Of a stretch of 64,000 nucleotides of DNA, positions 18,550 to 27,101 are shown in pieces. How positions within the stretch are numbered: the first letter of the stretch is position 1; every line of letters begins with the position of its first letter. A program made the translations under genes and the position numbers. The notes below the pieces were generated by a model. That model was not told the origin of the DNA. It saw only the letters and a list, made by a program, of their open reading frames with translations, and ran no database searches. This DNA is from a virus: IMG/VR virus record IMGVR_UViG_3300036832_001488, positions 1 through 64,000 of that record; one strand, 5' to 3'.

Positions 18550-19094
18550 GGCCCCATCAGAATGTGAAAATCAATGGCCGCGTTGAGCAGGACGGCAATC
18601 CAGCTCTGTATCCCCGGCTCGCCGTTGACCCCGCTCTCCAGCTTCAGACACTTACTCTCCTCTCCCGCTTCGCGGATAATGTTCCAAGCCCAGAGCTTGA
18701 CCGGATGCTCGCTGCCGAAACCGACCATGCAGAAGACCGTCTCTCTGCGGTCAGGCCGGTCCGCGGGCCGCACATTGACTTTGTGCGCCTTGCGCTCTTC
18801 CGGTGTCGCTGTTGCCGTCCAGGCCTCGGAGAGAAAGCTCCAGGCCCGCGCCCCATTGGACGCAATGCGCTTGCCCACCTTCATCACCATCTCCTTTTTC
18901 TCCTGGTCATTGGCCCAGGGACAGACAATCACATCGACCGGCATATCGCCCGAGGGCCGGATCTCCTCATCTCCGATCACACAGATGGTGGGCGGCATCG
19001 CTTTGGTTGTGCCTGCCAAAGTGGCGGCGGCGTAGTCATGGGAGGCCGTCGCTAAGAAATTAACTAGCTTCTCGTCTACGGGTTGCGTGCTCAT
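18546..19094 (-). CDS. conserved hypothetical protein
   Basis: W.ND.EK..FLSEAW..RP..RPDRRE motif. Confidence 0.7.
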   Translation of the reverse strand: MSTQPVDEKLVNFLATASHDYAAATLAGTTKAMPPTICVIGDEEIRPSGDMPVDVIVCPWANDQEKKEMVMKVGKRIASNGARAWSFLSEAWTATATPEERKAHKVNVRPADRPDRRETVFCMVGFGSEHPVKLWAWNIIREAGEESKCLKLESGVNGEPGIQSWIAVLLNAAIDFHILMGP

Positions 19095-19121
19095 TCAACC
19101 CTTGGTATATCATACCCACCC

Positions 19122-19625
19122 ATGGGCCGTCCACCAATAGGAAAAGAAAAGCTCGCCGCGCATAATCGCGCCCAGGTCAAACGCTGGAAAGAGAAGAACC
19201 CTGAACGGGTCAGAGCCCAGAAGCAAAGAGCCACGACCCGCAAACGGATTGAGCGGGCTCAAGAGAAAAGAAGAATGGACCCGACCGGCGAGCTTGCATA
19301 TGGCCCGATTGAAGGTGTAGACACGGCCCCGGATGCAAAAGAACCCGATCTCCCTGACTCTGGCCCTGACCCAGTTGCTAGAACTGGAGAAGGACATTCA
19401 ACACGTACGCCCGATAGGACCTCTGAGCGCCCACCTCCTATGGACCATCCACAAGTATCTGCGAGTACTCATCATCCTCTATCGGGACGCCCTGGTATCA
19501 TCGAACCGGCTGGATTTGCCGATGAAGTCCAAAGACTGGGCGACTTCTACGCCCTCAAAAGTCTCCATGATATCAGGGCCCGACTTGAGGGAAAAACTCC
19601 GCCGGGGATCGAAGTAGAGCTTTAG
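19122..19625 (+). CDS. basic hypothetical protein
   Basis: MGRPPIG..VKRWKEKNPE; ends PPGIEVEL. Confidence 0.6.
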   Translation: MGRPPIGKEKLAAHNRAQVKRWKEKNPERVRAQKQRATTRKRIERAQEKRRMDPTGELAYGPIEGVDTAPDAKEPDLPDSGPDPVARTGEGHSTRTPDRTSERPPPMDHPQVSASTHHPLSGRPGIIEPAGFADEVQRLGDFYALKSLHDIRARLEGKTPPGIEVEL

Positions 19626-20077
19626 CTCAAGCCCATGTTGTGCTGGCTGGACATGCCCATGGAACCGATCACCGTGTCAGGCAAGTTATCGCTGATGCCG
19701 CTCGTGATACGAATGTTGTAGGGCCCGGAGGTCGAGGGGAAGCTCATTGCCCTCAAGTTGTAAGGCGGCTGACCCACCCTCTGGGTCCAGGCCGAAGGCA
19801 TCGGCTTCATTGGCTCGCCACCGGGCCCCCGCACGAAACTAGGATAGGGCTGGGAAGGCCGGAAATGGACTGGCTGGACGTTCTGAGGGGCAGGCCTGGG
19901 TCTTTGTACCCGATCGACGCACATCGTGGCTCCTGGGGCATTGTAGGGGCTTGGCCAAGTCGTCTGAAAGGGAGCCGGTTTGCAGGGGCTCGCCTTCCAG
20001 CCACTGAACTTCGCGCAGCCGGAGTAGGGACTTTGGTAGAGGACCGACTGGATCAGGTTAATTGGCATCTTCGGCAA
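19622..20077 (-). CDS. Pro-rich hypothetical protein
   Basis: ORF overlapping upstream gene end. Confidence 0.5.
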   Translation of the reverse strand: MPKMPINLIQSVLYQSPYSGCAKFSGWKASPCKPAPFQTTWPSPYNAPGATMCVDRVQRPRPAPQNVQPVHFRPSQPYPSFVRGPGGEPMKPMPSAWTQRVGQPPYNLRAMSFPSTSGPYNIRITSGISDNLPDTVIGSMGMSSQHNMGLS

Positions 20078-20234
20078 GGGCCCGGACTAGGGCTTTAAGG
20101 TGATCTTCTTGGAGTGTGAGCCGCTTGCCCATCACCCGCATGATCTTGTTCATCGTCTCCTGGGCTTCGAACAAAGTCTCCACCTTCTTTTCCAGCGATT
20201 CAATCCTCGCCAGTATTTCATCTTCATTCGGCAT
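20058..20234 (-). CDS. 58-aa coiled-coil protein (not in ORF track)
   Basis: MPNEDEILARIESLEKKVETL.. Confidence 0.5.
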   Translation of the reverse strand: MPNEDEILARIESLEKKVETLFEAQETMNKIMRVMGKRLTLQEDHLKALVRALAEDAN

Positions 20235-20754
20235 TTACAGGCTCCGCTCTTTTAACGGTGACGTGTTTTTTCTCTTTGTCGTGGGGACCGTACTTTTCGT
20301 AGTACCATTTCTTCTGGCCGTCCACGATGTGCCAAAGCTTCTTTCCCTCTTGGCTCTCAGCCTTGGGGCGATGATGCGGCTTCGTTGGGACCGGTGTGGG
20401 GCTGGGCGCTGCGGGAGTTGGTGTCGCAGCGTCCAGGCGTAAGTAGCGGCTGGCTGTCCAGTAGGTCGTAGGGTTATCTAGGAAAGTAAATTCTGCCGGG
20501 TTATCATTGTTGCCCGGAGTGATTATCCACACCGGACGCTCCGCTGTGGTGGCCGCACTGACGTGGCCCACCTTTACCAATTGATCCAGCGAGTCATCTT
20601 CCTTTAGTATTCGGAAAGAGCGCGCCTGCTCGAAGGTGATCTCTGAGTCGTAATAAACTGCGCCCTCTAACAACGTTCCGGCCTGGGTACCATCCTCCTC
20701 CTTCGCCAAGACCGGCAATGCTAAAGCCAAGAGAAAAGCGAAAACCTTGACCAT
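20224..20754 (-). CDS. secreted protein
   Basis: Signal peptide, PT linker, ends VKRAEPV. Confidence 0.7.
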   Translation of the reverse strand: MVKVFAFLLALALPVLAKEEDGTQAGTLLEGAVYYDSEITFEQARSFRILKEDDSLDQLVKVGHVSAATTAERPVWIITPGNNDNPAEFTFLDNPTTYWTASRYLRLDAATPTPAAPSPTPVPTKPHHRPKAESQEGKKLWHIVDGQKKWYYEKYGPHDKEKKHVTVKRAEPVNAE

Positions 20755-20958
20755 AATTTCCTTGCTTTAAGCCCAGCATTTGCCTTATTCAAGGCTAGAA
20801 GCGAAAACGAGCGATTGTTAGCGATTAAGGTCAAGAGGCGAGCCACGCAAGGCTCGCCTCTCTTTTTCCTGTCAAGTGCTCATTTTCTCCGAGGGGGCTC
20901 GCGCACCTCTCCCAGGGCAACTTGGAAAACTAACATTTTCATTATGGTAAACTATAGG

Positions 20959-21186
20959 ATGACAATCTTAGATAAGCCCATTGTTAGGAAGACCCGGCGC
21001 AACCTGATGCATTACAAACATCCCTTAGTTGTAACGCTAGAACCGGGCGATCTCCTAACCATCCGCGAACATAGATGCAAGCGGTTAGTTTATATTGACC
21101 TGCACGCCCTTTACGTTGAGGCCCTGCGCAGAACTATCGCCGCCGAAAAGCGGGAGAAGAAAAAGCAGAGGAAGAGAAAAAGTTAG
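20959..21186 (+). CDS. hypothetical protein
   Basis: LDKPIVRK..LVVTLEPGDLLTIRE; basic tail. Confidence 0.65.
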   Translation: MTILDKPIVRKTRRNLMHYKHPLVVTLEPGDLLTIREHRCKRLVYIDLHALYVEALRRTIAAEKREKKKQRKRKS

Positions 21187-21210
21187 GGCCCTGCGGTTAA
21201 CAGGGCCCTA
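21184..21210. terminator. hairpin between convergent genes
   Basis: TAGGGCCCTG-cggttaa-CAGGGCCCTA. Confidence 0.65.
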
Positions 21211-21286
21211 AGTGCTCAATTATGCCTACAAAGAAGTTCCTTAGCCTAACAAACTTTAAGGCATAGGCTCAGAGTGTCAAGCTTGG

Positions 21287-21820
21287 TTAGGAACTCGGCG
21301 TGGGAGTCGGCACGTTCGGAACCCCGACTACAATCCAGCCAGTGGTGGGACTCCACGCACTCTTCCACTCGATTAGCTTTTCCCGTTCTGGCGTTTCTCC
21401 AGGCGGATTGGGCCAGACGGTGGGTGGGATCGGATGCGATACCCAAGGTGGTGCGCCTGGAGGCACCTGTTCAGGCGGAATGACGATCGGAGGCATAGCC
21501 ACCGGAGGCCAGCCTGGGATTGGCTGTGGTCCCGGCCCGCCAATGTCTGGATAGGGCGGCGAACCACCATTTCCTGGCGGCGTTGGCCAGATCCCTGGCG
21601 GGATAGGATGCTCAGGACGAGGCGGTGGTCCTCCAGGGGCAATCGGATGAGCCGGATGCCCAGGGCTAGGCCAAATCCCCGGAGGTTGCCCCGGTTGCCC
21701 CGGCGGCTGTGGCCAGATCCCCGGTGGGATTGGATGTTCAGGATGGCCAGGAGCCCACGGTGGTTGAACCGGCGGCGCACCGCCGGTCAGCGGAGTAATT
21801 AGAGCAAGGAACGGTTCCAT
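21287..21820 (-). CDS. Pro-rich repeat protein (PxHPI / PPGIWP)
   Basis: Repeats PEHPIPPGIWP, PAHPI, SHPI; ends WSP.TGWIVVG.P..P.PTPS. Confidence 0.75.
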   Translation of the reverse strand: MEPFLALITPLTGGAPPVQPPWAPGHPEHPIPPGIWPQPPGQPGQPPGIWPSPGHPAHPIAPGGPPPRPEHPIPPGIWPTPPGNGGSPPYPDIGGPGPQPIPGWPPVAMPPIVIPPEQVPPGAPPWVSHPIPPTVWPNPPGETPEREKLIEWKSAWSPTTGWIVVGVPNVPTPTPSS

Positions 21821-21875
21821 ATAAGAGTTAGCTCTCCCGATCCCTCTCCTCATGTCAAGCGCTATCTCCTATTTT

Positions 21876-22562
21876 TTAGGCAACGATAGCCAAAGGCTTA
21901 ACTCCGTTCATGGCGATCAGGGAATATCCATCTAACTCCCAGTCGTTATTGGCAATTAGTTGCTTGTAATACTTGGTCCGGTAAACCGTCGCGTGCAGAA
22001 TCGTGTTCGAATGGTTAGCTAACCAGTCCTGGCGCGCATTGGTGTACTGGCTGATCCATTTCTTTTCGTCGCCCCCATTAGCCGGTGTCTTTTCGGGGAA
22101 CCGGTTGCGGATAGTGGATAGGATCGAGCCCGAATGCAGGTAACTGTCACAGATTACTAGAAAGGAGAGCGGCAAAGTAAAGCCCTGGTCCGTGCCCCAC
22201 TTGATGCCAGGAGCTAGATAGAACTTATCGAACATTTCTTCCTGCACCTTCTGCATCACCGGGTCAGCGCCCGCCTCTTTTAAGAGGTTAATAAACTCGG
22301 CATTATTAACCAGCGTTGCCTCCCGCATCCTGCCGACAAACTTACTTATGTTAGCGCTGAACCTGCCGGTGCGCTCCGCGTAAGACGCCACCACCGGCCC
22401 CAGGTTGCCATACTGGGTGAAGCCGATAGAGAGCGTGATCTGCCGGACGTTGTTAGGGCCGTCCGCATAGATATAGACGGCCCCGTAGGCTATCTCTTGC
22501 CTGCCCTGTTCGGCCACGATCAGCACATTGCGGATCTTGGCTACTTCGTTTGATGGGATCAT
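21876..22562 (-). CDS. endolysin, chitosanase (GH46)-like lysozyme fold
   Basis: EQG....YG.VYIYADG..QITLS.GFTQ.GNL..Q...FD..Y..P..L.LS.LVI.DS.LHSG..EK.W..Y..AR. Confidence 0.8.
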   Translation of the reverse strand: MIPSNEVAKIRNVLIVAEQGRQEIAYGAVYIYADGPNNVRQITLSIGFTQYGNLGPVVASYAERTGRFSANISKFVGRMREATLVNNAEFINLLKEAGADPVMQKVQEEMFDKFYLAPGIKWGTDQGFTLPLSFLVICDSYLHSGSILSTIRNRFPEKTPANGGDEKKWISQYTNARQDWLANHSNTILHATVYRTKYYKQLIANNDWELDGYSLIAMNGVKPLAIVA

Positions 22563-22888
22563 AGATCGCCCGGCGGCAGGTTCTTGCGGTTCACCCAGCG
22601 CATCATCCATTCCTGATTGGCTTTTAATTCAGCAATAGCCTCTGCATTCTTGCGGTTCTGTTCGGTGTCATTGCTCTCGTGTTCCACGATCTTATCCAGC
22701 TGGGCCAAGACCTTATCGACTTCGTGACGGGTCGCCCCGGTGCCGCTTTTAGTGGCAAAGAAGTTGCCTACTCCAGATAATAGGACCAGAGCCAGCGTGC
22801 CCAGCTTAACTACATTGTCGCCGCCAGCGGCAATGGAGGTTAGGAGGGCAAGTTTACCGTTTTTCTTTTCGGTCTCAGGATTATCCAC
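22559..22888 (-). CDS. holin-like membrane protein
   Basis: Single TM plus coiled coil, coupled to endolysin. Confidence 0.55.
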   Translation of the reverse strand: MDNPETEKKNGKLALLTSIAAGGDNVVKLGTLALVLLSGVGNFFATKSGTGATRHEVDKVLAQLDKIVEHESNDTEQNRKNAEAIAELKANQEWMMRWVNRKNLPPGDL

Positions 22889-23111
22889 TTTGCGGCAAGG
22901 GCCATGTTTGCTGGGCACTAAAAATGTCAGTCATGTAGACCGGAGGAGGCAGATAATCGACCTGCGGGCCTGGAGGATAGATGGACAAGTAAGGTGGCAT
23001 AGCCCAGGGGCCTTCCTCTGGGCTGTAAGCATAGCTTTGATAGACGATGCGGCGAGGCACGTTAATCGCCTGTTGTTGGTTCTGCCCGCAATATGGATCG
23101 ACTGGACTCAT
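22881..23111 (-). CDS. Pro/Tyr-rich small protein
   Basis: Overlaps both neighbours. Confidence 0.55.
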   Translation of the reverse strand: MSPVDPYCGQNQQQAINVPRRIVYQSYAYSPEEGPWAMPPYLSIYPPGPQVDYLPPPVYMTDIFSAQQTWPLPQSG

Positions 23112-23281
23112 TTAAACTTCTTTAAGGTCTCAGCTAACCTTGCCCGCTGGCCGACCTTGCCTCCTTTTTCTGCCGCTTTAGCTAACTTTTTCGCCGGGAT
23201 CTTCTGACCCTGTTTAACTCCTAAGTCTTTATGCAAAGCCCCTGGTTTCTTAATCGCACCCTTGATCCAATTCTTAGCCAT
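23108..23281 (-). CDS. 57-aa Lys-rich phage protein (not in ORF track)
   Basis: MAKNWIKGAIKKPGALHKDLGVKQGQKIPAKKLAKAA..GQRARLAETLKKFK, a recurrent phage family. Confidence 0.8.
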   Translation of the reverse strand: MAKNWIKGAIKKPGALHKDLGVKQGQKIPAKKLAKAAEKGGKVGQRARLAETLKKFK

Positions 23282-23289
23282 AGTGTCTC

Positions 23290-23583
23290 CTACTTGGTTG
23301 GTGAATAGATCGGCGGTTGCGTGAGACCCACGGCCAGGGGCACCGCATAGGCGTTGCCGGTGTTGTTATCCAGAATGATCAGGTTGTTGCCCTGGATATA
23401 CATTCGCGCCTGAGCCGGAGGAGGCCCTGGTGTCACCGGAGTATTAACTCCGGCATTGATCGTGCCGACCTCGCCCGTGCCTTTGGGGCCGTAGCCTGTT
23501 CCGGCATAGGTACTGAAGGATCGGGAAAGCGCCGGGTCAGCGGCACCGCATCCGCCTTCCCATGGAACTGGAACTGATGGCAT
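23290..23583 (-). CDS. hypothetical virion-associated protein
   Basis: ATG 5 nt after upstream stop. Confidence 0.55.
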   Translation of the reverse strand: MPSVPVPWEGGCGAADPALSRSFSTYAGTGYGPKGTGEVGTINAGVNTPVTPGPPPAQARMYIQGNNLIILDNNTGNAYAVPLAVGLTQPPIYSPTK

Positions 23584-23587
23584 AATT

Positions 23588-25003
23588 TTAGGGACGAAAT
23601 GTCTGGTTAATTTGGCTTGTCTGAGTTTGTCCGTTGTACCTAGGAGGATAGAGCCCTGGCCCGTCTTCAAAGACTGGAGCCGGAGCTGGCGGGCTAGCCG
23701 GGAACTTGATCGGCGTAAAGGGTGGATTGATTCCGCCTCCGCCCCCCGGTGGATTTGGAGGCGTCACCGGAATTAACGGATGAGGATAAACGTAAGGCGT
23801 GTAGCTGGTCAGCTGCAGATTAGCGAATGGAGCCGGATAGCTGGCATTCGATTGGCCAGTCGGTGCGGGATAAACCGTGGTCGTTCCAGCGGCAGGAGCC
23901 TGGGTCCAGAAATCCCGGTTCTTCTGGATATAGAAAGGATCTCCGGTCGAAGCATTACTGTTGCCAAAGGTGCCGACTCCGATGTCAGTATCCTGCTGCG
24001 CACGTCCTTTGTAGGTGTTGTTGTAGATAAAACTCCCCGTCACTTGGTCTTCGCAAGGCCAGTGGACCGGGCTCCTGACATTAGTGCTGAACGGGACCGA
24101 GGTTGAGTCATCCTCTTCGTCTCTGAAATCGATTATATGCGGGCTCGACCCATCACAGATATAGGTGTTGTCATGGATTAGGAAAGAGCCGCCGCGCGCA
24201 TCGATTAGCCGGAAGCTGTTATTGACGTGAATGAGGTTGTTGTAGAACTCAAACCTGATCGTCCCCCTGTAATCGTTAGAGATGTTAGCCCAGTAGCTCT
24301 GGTTGCCGTGAGCATCGACCGGCCCTTCCATTGAAGCCGAGAATGCGCTCGAATCGATGGTGCAATGGCGCAGCACACTTCTGCCGCCATACTCATGGTA
24401 AGTGACCCAGGGTGAGCCTGGAGCCGCGCCGAATGCATTATTCAAGGTGAAGGTGCAATCCTCGGTAAAGACAAAGTGAGACCCACCGGCCTGATAATCA
24501 TTTCTGCCCCAGGCAATGTCGCCGAAGTCGCCGTTGCCGCCGAAGATGTGGACTCCGACCCAGCAATTGGTGAAGGTATTGTGATCATTGACTCCGTAGG
24601 CGCGGCCTTGCCAGTTGATAACATACTGCCCTCCATTAAAGGAGCAGTGATCGATCCTGATCTGGCTCCAGAGAGGGGCGGCATTACCGGCGTTGGTGAT
24701 ATCGATGTCGCTCGTGATGTTAGATGGCTGCATCACCACGTTGTCAAAGAAGATGCCTGTCACCCTGACCGGCACATCGCCGGGAAGCCCCGTGATATTA
24801 ATCAGGTCCCCGTTAAAGCCGGTTTGCCGGACGATCTTAGTGGAAGTCCCGTTTCCTTGCAGGGTCAGGGACTTATTGATAGTCAGTGTGGAACCCCAGG
24901 TTGCTGTCCCCGGAGGGATAACAATAGTGTCGCCGGGATTGGCTGCGCCTACCGCAGCATTAACGTCTGCGTAGGCAGGAGAATTTGCAACGGTTGTGCT
25001 CAT
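23588..25003 (-). CDS. right-handed beta-helix protein, copy B (tailspike/depolymerase-like)
   Basis: DVNAAV..A.PGDTIVIPPGTATW; RIDHCSF coils; in fibre cluster. Confidence 0.82.
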   Translation of the reverse strand: MSTTVANSPAYADVNAAVGAANPGDTIVIPPGTATWGSTLTINKSLTLQGNGTSTKIVRQTGFNGDLINITGLPGDVPVRVTGIFFDNVVMQPSNITSDIDITNAGNAAPLWSQIRIDHCSFNGGQYVINWQGRAYGVNDHNTFTNCWVGVHIFGGNGDFGDIAWGRNDYQAGGSHFVFTEDCTFTLNNAFGAAPGSPWVTYHEYGGRSVLRHCTIDSSAFSASMEGPVDAHGNQSYWANISNDYRGTIRFEFYNNLIHVNNSFRLIDARGGSFLIHDNTYICDGSSPHIIDFRDEEDDSTSVPFSTNVRSPVHWPCEDQVTGSFIYNNTYKGRAQQDTDIGVGTFGNSNASTGDPFYIQKNRDFWTQAPAAGTTTVYPAPTGQSNASYPAPFANLQLTSYTPYVYPHPLIPVTPPNPPGGGGGINPPFTPIKFPASPPAPAPVFEDGPGLYPPRYNGQTQTSQINQTFRP

Positions 25004-25004
25004 A

Positions 25005-25802
25005 CTATCCTTGGAAAACGAGGTCAACCATGTAGTTGACGCCCGCCTGTTGGTTAGCAGGATAGCCCAGGACTCCTGCCGTTGTATCAAACTGGCCTGC
25101 ACCGGCTGGAGCCTGGAGCACTCCGGTTGTGATCGGCGGGTTAGTGGAATTGTAAACAAAGGCCCCGTCTGGGATAAACATCGAGATGAGATACTGGGTG
25201 TTGGCCAAGATCGCGATGGGGCTTGCGAAATTCATTTGCTGCCAGCCACTGGCCGACTGGCCGCTAAAATTGACCTGACCCAGCTTTGAATGGTTGCTAA
25301 CCAGCCAGAGTGCTCCAATTTGAGTTTGGAGGGTTGAAGCCGGTGCCCGGTAATAGCGCACCGCAATCACGTTCCCAGGTATTGTTGTCTGGAAGATGAT
25401 CCCCACGTTAATGTTGGCCTGGGTGTTAGTGGGATGATCCGGCGTCAGGCTGGGTAGGAACAGCGAATAGTTCTGTACTGGCCCTCCGCCCCCTCCTACG
25501 CTACTGAATCTGTAAGCAGGACCCGCGTGACTTAAATCCAGTTTCCCGTCCACTCCGTTTAAGAAGATGGCGTCCTGGCCGACTCCTAAGCTCCCGATCC
25601 AAGCTGGTGAAAGGAGAATGTTAGGAGCCCCCGGCTGATTGGTCATGCCGGGAAGCGGGTTAGAGGTCAGCGTGAAAGGATCGAATCCTTGTTTAAGAGC
25701 CCTCACTGTGTCATGGGCACTACCGTTGCCTGCTGGAGTCAGGTAACCGGCGGCGAGCTGCTGGCCACCCAGAATAGTTAGCAAGTCCTGCAGTGTGTTC
25801 AT
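25005..25802 (-). CDS. DUF4082-domain fibre/decoration protein
   Basis: VGIIF...PG.V.AVRYY..SASGWQQMNFASPIAI.ANT.Y.IS..NYMVDLVF. Confidence 0.85.
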   Translation of the reverse strand: MNTLQDLLTILGGQQLAAGYLTPAGNGSAHDTVRALKQGFDPFTLTSNPLPGMTNQPGAPNILLSPAWIGSLGVGQDAIFLNGVDGKLDLSHAGPAYRFSSVGGGGGPVQNYSLFLPSLTPDHPTNTQANINVGIIFQTTIPGNVIAVRYYRAPASTLQTQIGALWLVSNHSKLGQVNFSGQSASGWQQMNFASPIAILANTQYLISMFIPDGAFVYNSTNPPITTGVLQAPAGAGQFDTTAGVLGYPANQQAGVNYMVDLVFQG

Positions 25803-26017
25803 TAGTTTCCTAGGCCTCCAATAACTCGGGTTGGCGTAACCACGGTGCCTAACCCGTCGATATAACTTCCAGCCGGGAAAGTGCGCCCCGGCGCGGGTGT
25901 CCCGGCAATTGGCCCGACTTCCCATCTGGTCACTGGATAGCCCCCGCTAGGTGGTGGCCAGACAGGAAAAGGCGGCAGGCCGGGTTGACCGGCTGCTGGC
26001 GTAATTTGACTAGACAT
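25802..26017 (-). CDS. small Pro-rich protein
   Basis: PPFPVWPPPSGG motif shared with 26022-26372. Confidence 0.65.
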   Translation of the reverse strand: MSSQITPAAGQPGLPPFPVWPPPSGGYPVTRWEVGPIAGTPAPGRTFPAGSYIDGLGTVVTPTRVIGGLGN

Positions 26018-26021
26018 AAGT

Positions 26022-26372
26022 TTAACTCCCGGTTGATCCCGGCCCCATGATCGGCGGAGGCTGGATCTGGCTGATTGAAGGCGAAGCTTTTAAGGGGCCC
26101 GTCTCCCAGGGCCGGTTGTCCGGCGGCAGATGCTGAGGCTGGTTCTGGCCGTTTTTACCGATCCCGGCGCTCTGCGGATACTTGATCCCGTTAAAAGGCG
26201 GGGGCGGCTGCACCGTCGAGATGTTAGCCGGTTGTGGGCTCCCGTAGGGATAAGGGTTAGTGATCGGGCCTAGTTCAGTGCCCGGAAAGGGCGCACCGCC
26301 GCTGGGTGGAGGCCATACCGGAAAAGGGGGGGGCACAAAGGTCGTTGCCTCGATTGTAGGATCTTCATTCAT
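26022..26372 (-). CDS. small Pro-rich protein
   Basis: PPFPVWPPPSGG..ELGPI..WETGPL. Confidence 0.65.
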   Translation of the reverse strand: MNEDPTIEATTFVPPPFPVWPPPSGGAPFPGTELGPITNPYPYGSPQPANISTVQPPPPFNGIKYPQSAGIGKNGQNQPQHLPPDNRPWETGPLKASPSISQIQPPPIMGPGSTGS

Positions 26373-26375
26373 AAA

Positions 26376-26416
26376 GAAAAAGCCCCCACGACGGCACGCT
26401 CGTGCTATCGTGGGGG
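26376..26416 (-). terminator. hairpin with T-tract on minus strand, covering the upstream region of the + HNH gene
   Basis: CCCCCACGA..GCACG-ct-CGTGC..TCGTGGGGG; AAAAA on + side. Confidence 0.6.
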
Positions 26417-26424
26417 TGAATAAT

Positions 26425-26880
26425 ATGCGGGTTGAACTTAGCGCTCTTCCTGAGCGTTTTCGAGAGAAAATTTCTGTCCAAAGTGATTGTTGGATTTGGA
26501 TCGCCGCGTTGGATCGCGGCTACGGTGCGTATGGTGTGCCCAAGCCCAACCAGCAGTATTGGAGAAAGGTTAAAGCCCATAAATACTGTTGGGAATTTTT
26601 CTTTGGTCCAGTTCCAGATGGATTCGAGCTTGATCATGTTTGTAGGAAACGAGCCTGTATTAACCCACAACACCTGGAGGTTGTGACGCATCAAGAAAAT
26701 TGCATACGTGGTGAAGCAGGTAACCAAGAAAGAAGCAAGACGCATTGCCCAAAAGGACATGCTTACACGCCTAACAACACCCGGCTTAAGAAAAGATCTG
26801 GCAGTGAGCGACGATACCGTCAGTGTCGAGCATGTTATAATGAAGCTAGGCGTCAGCATAGGTCTGGCTGGGTTTCATAG
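26425..26880 (+). CDS. HNH homing endonuclease, antisense to fibre cluster
   Basis: CWIW..GYG..AHK..LDHVCR.RACINPQHL..THCPKGH..CRAC. Confidence 0.92.
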   Translation: MRVELSALPERFREKISVQSDCWIWIAALDRGYGAYGVPKPNQQYWRKVKAHKYCWEFFFGPVPDGFELDHVCRKRACINPQHLEVVTHQENCIRGEAGNQERSKTHCPKGHAYTPNNTRLKKRSGSERRYRQCRACYNEARRQHRSGWVS

Positions 26881-26884
26881 TGTT

Positions 26885-27079
26885 TTAGTGGCGGAATTTT
26901 TGCATTGCTTCCGGGTACATCGCACAGAGGACCCGGAACACATCGCGGAAAAAGCTTTCGGTTCTGCCAAAATAATCCAGGCTCACGTCTGAGTCCGAAC
27001 TCGCGGCCCAGTTGGTCCAGAACTGGGCGAAATCATCGTCAACCCCAGAGAACTTTTTTAGTGGCACTCTGCTTCTCAT
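26885..27079 (-). CDS. hypothetical protein
   Basis: 64 aa ORF in operon. Confidence 0.5.
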   Translation of the reverse strand: MRSRVPLKKFSGVDDDFAQFWTNWAASSDSDVSLDYFGRTESFFRDVFRVLCAMYPEAMQKFRH

Positions 27080-27101
27080 AGGTTACCAGCCGGTCTCGTT
27101 T

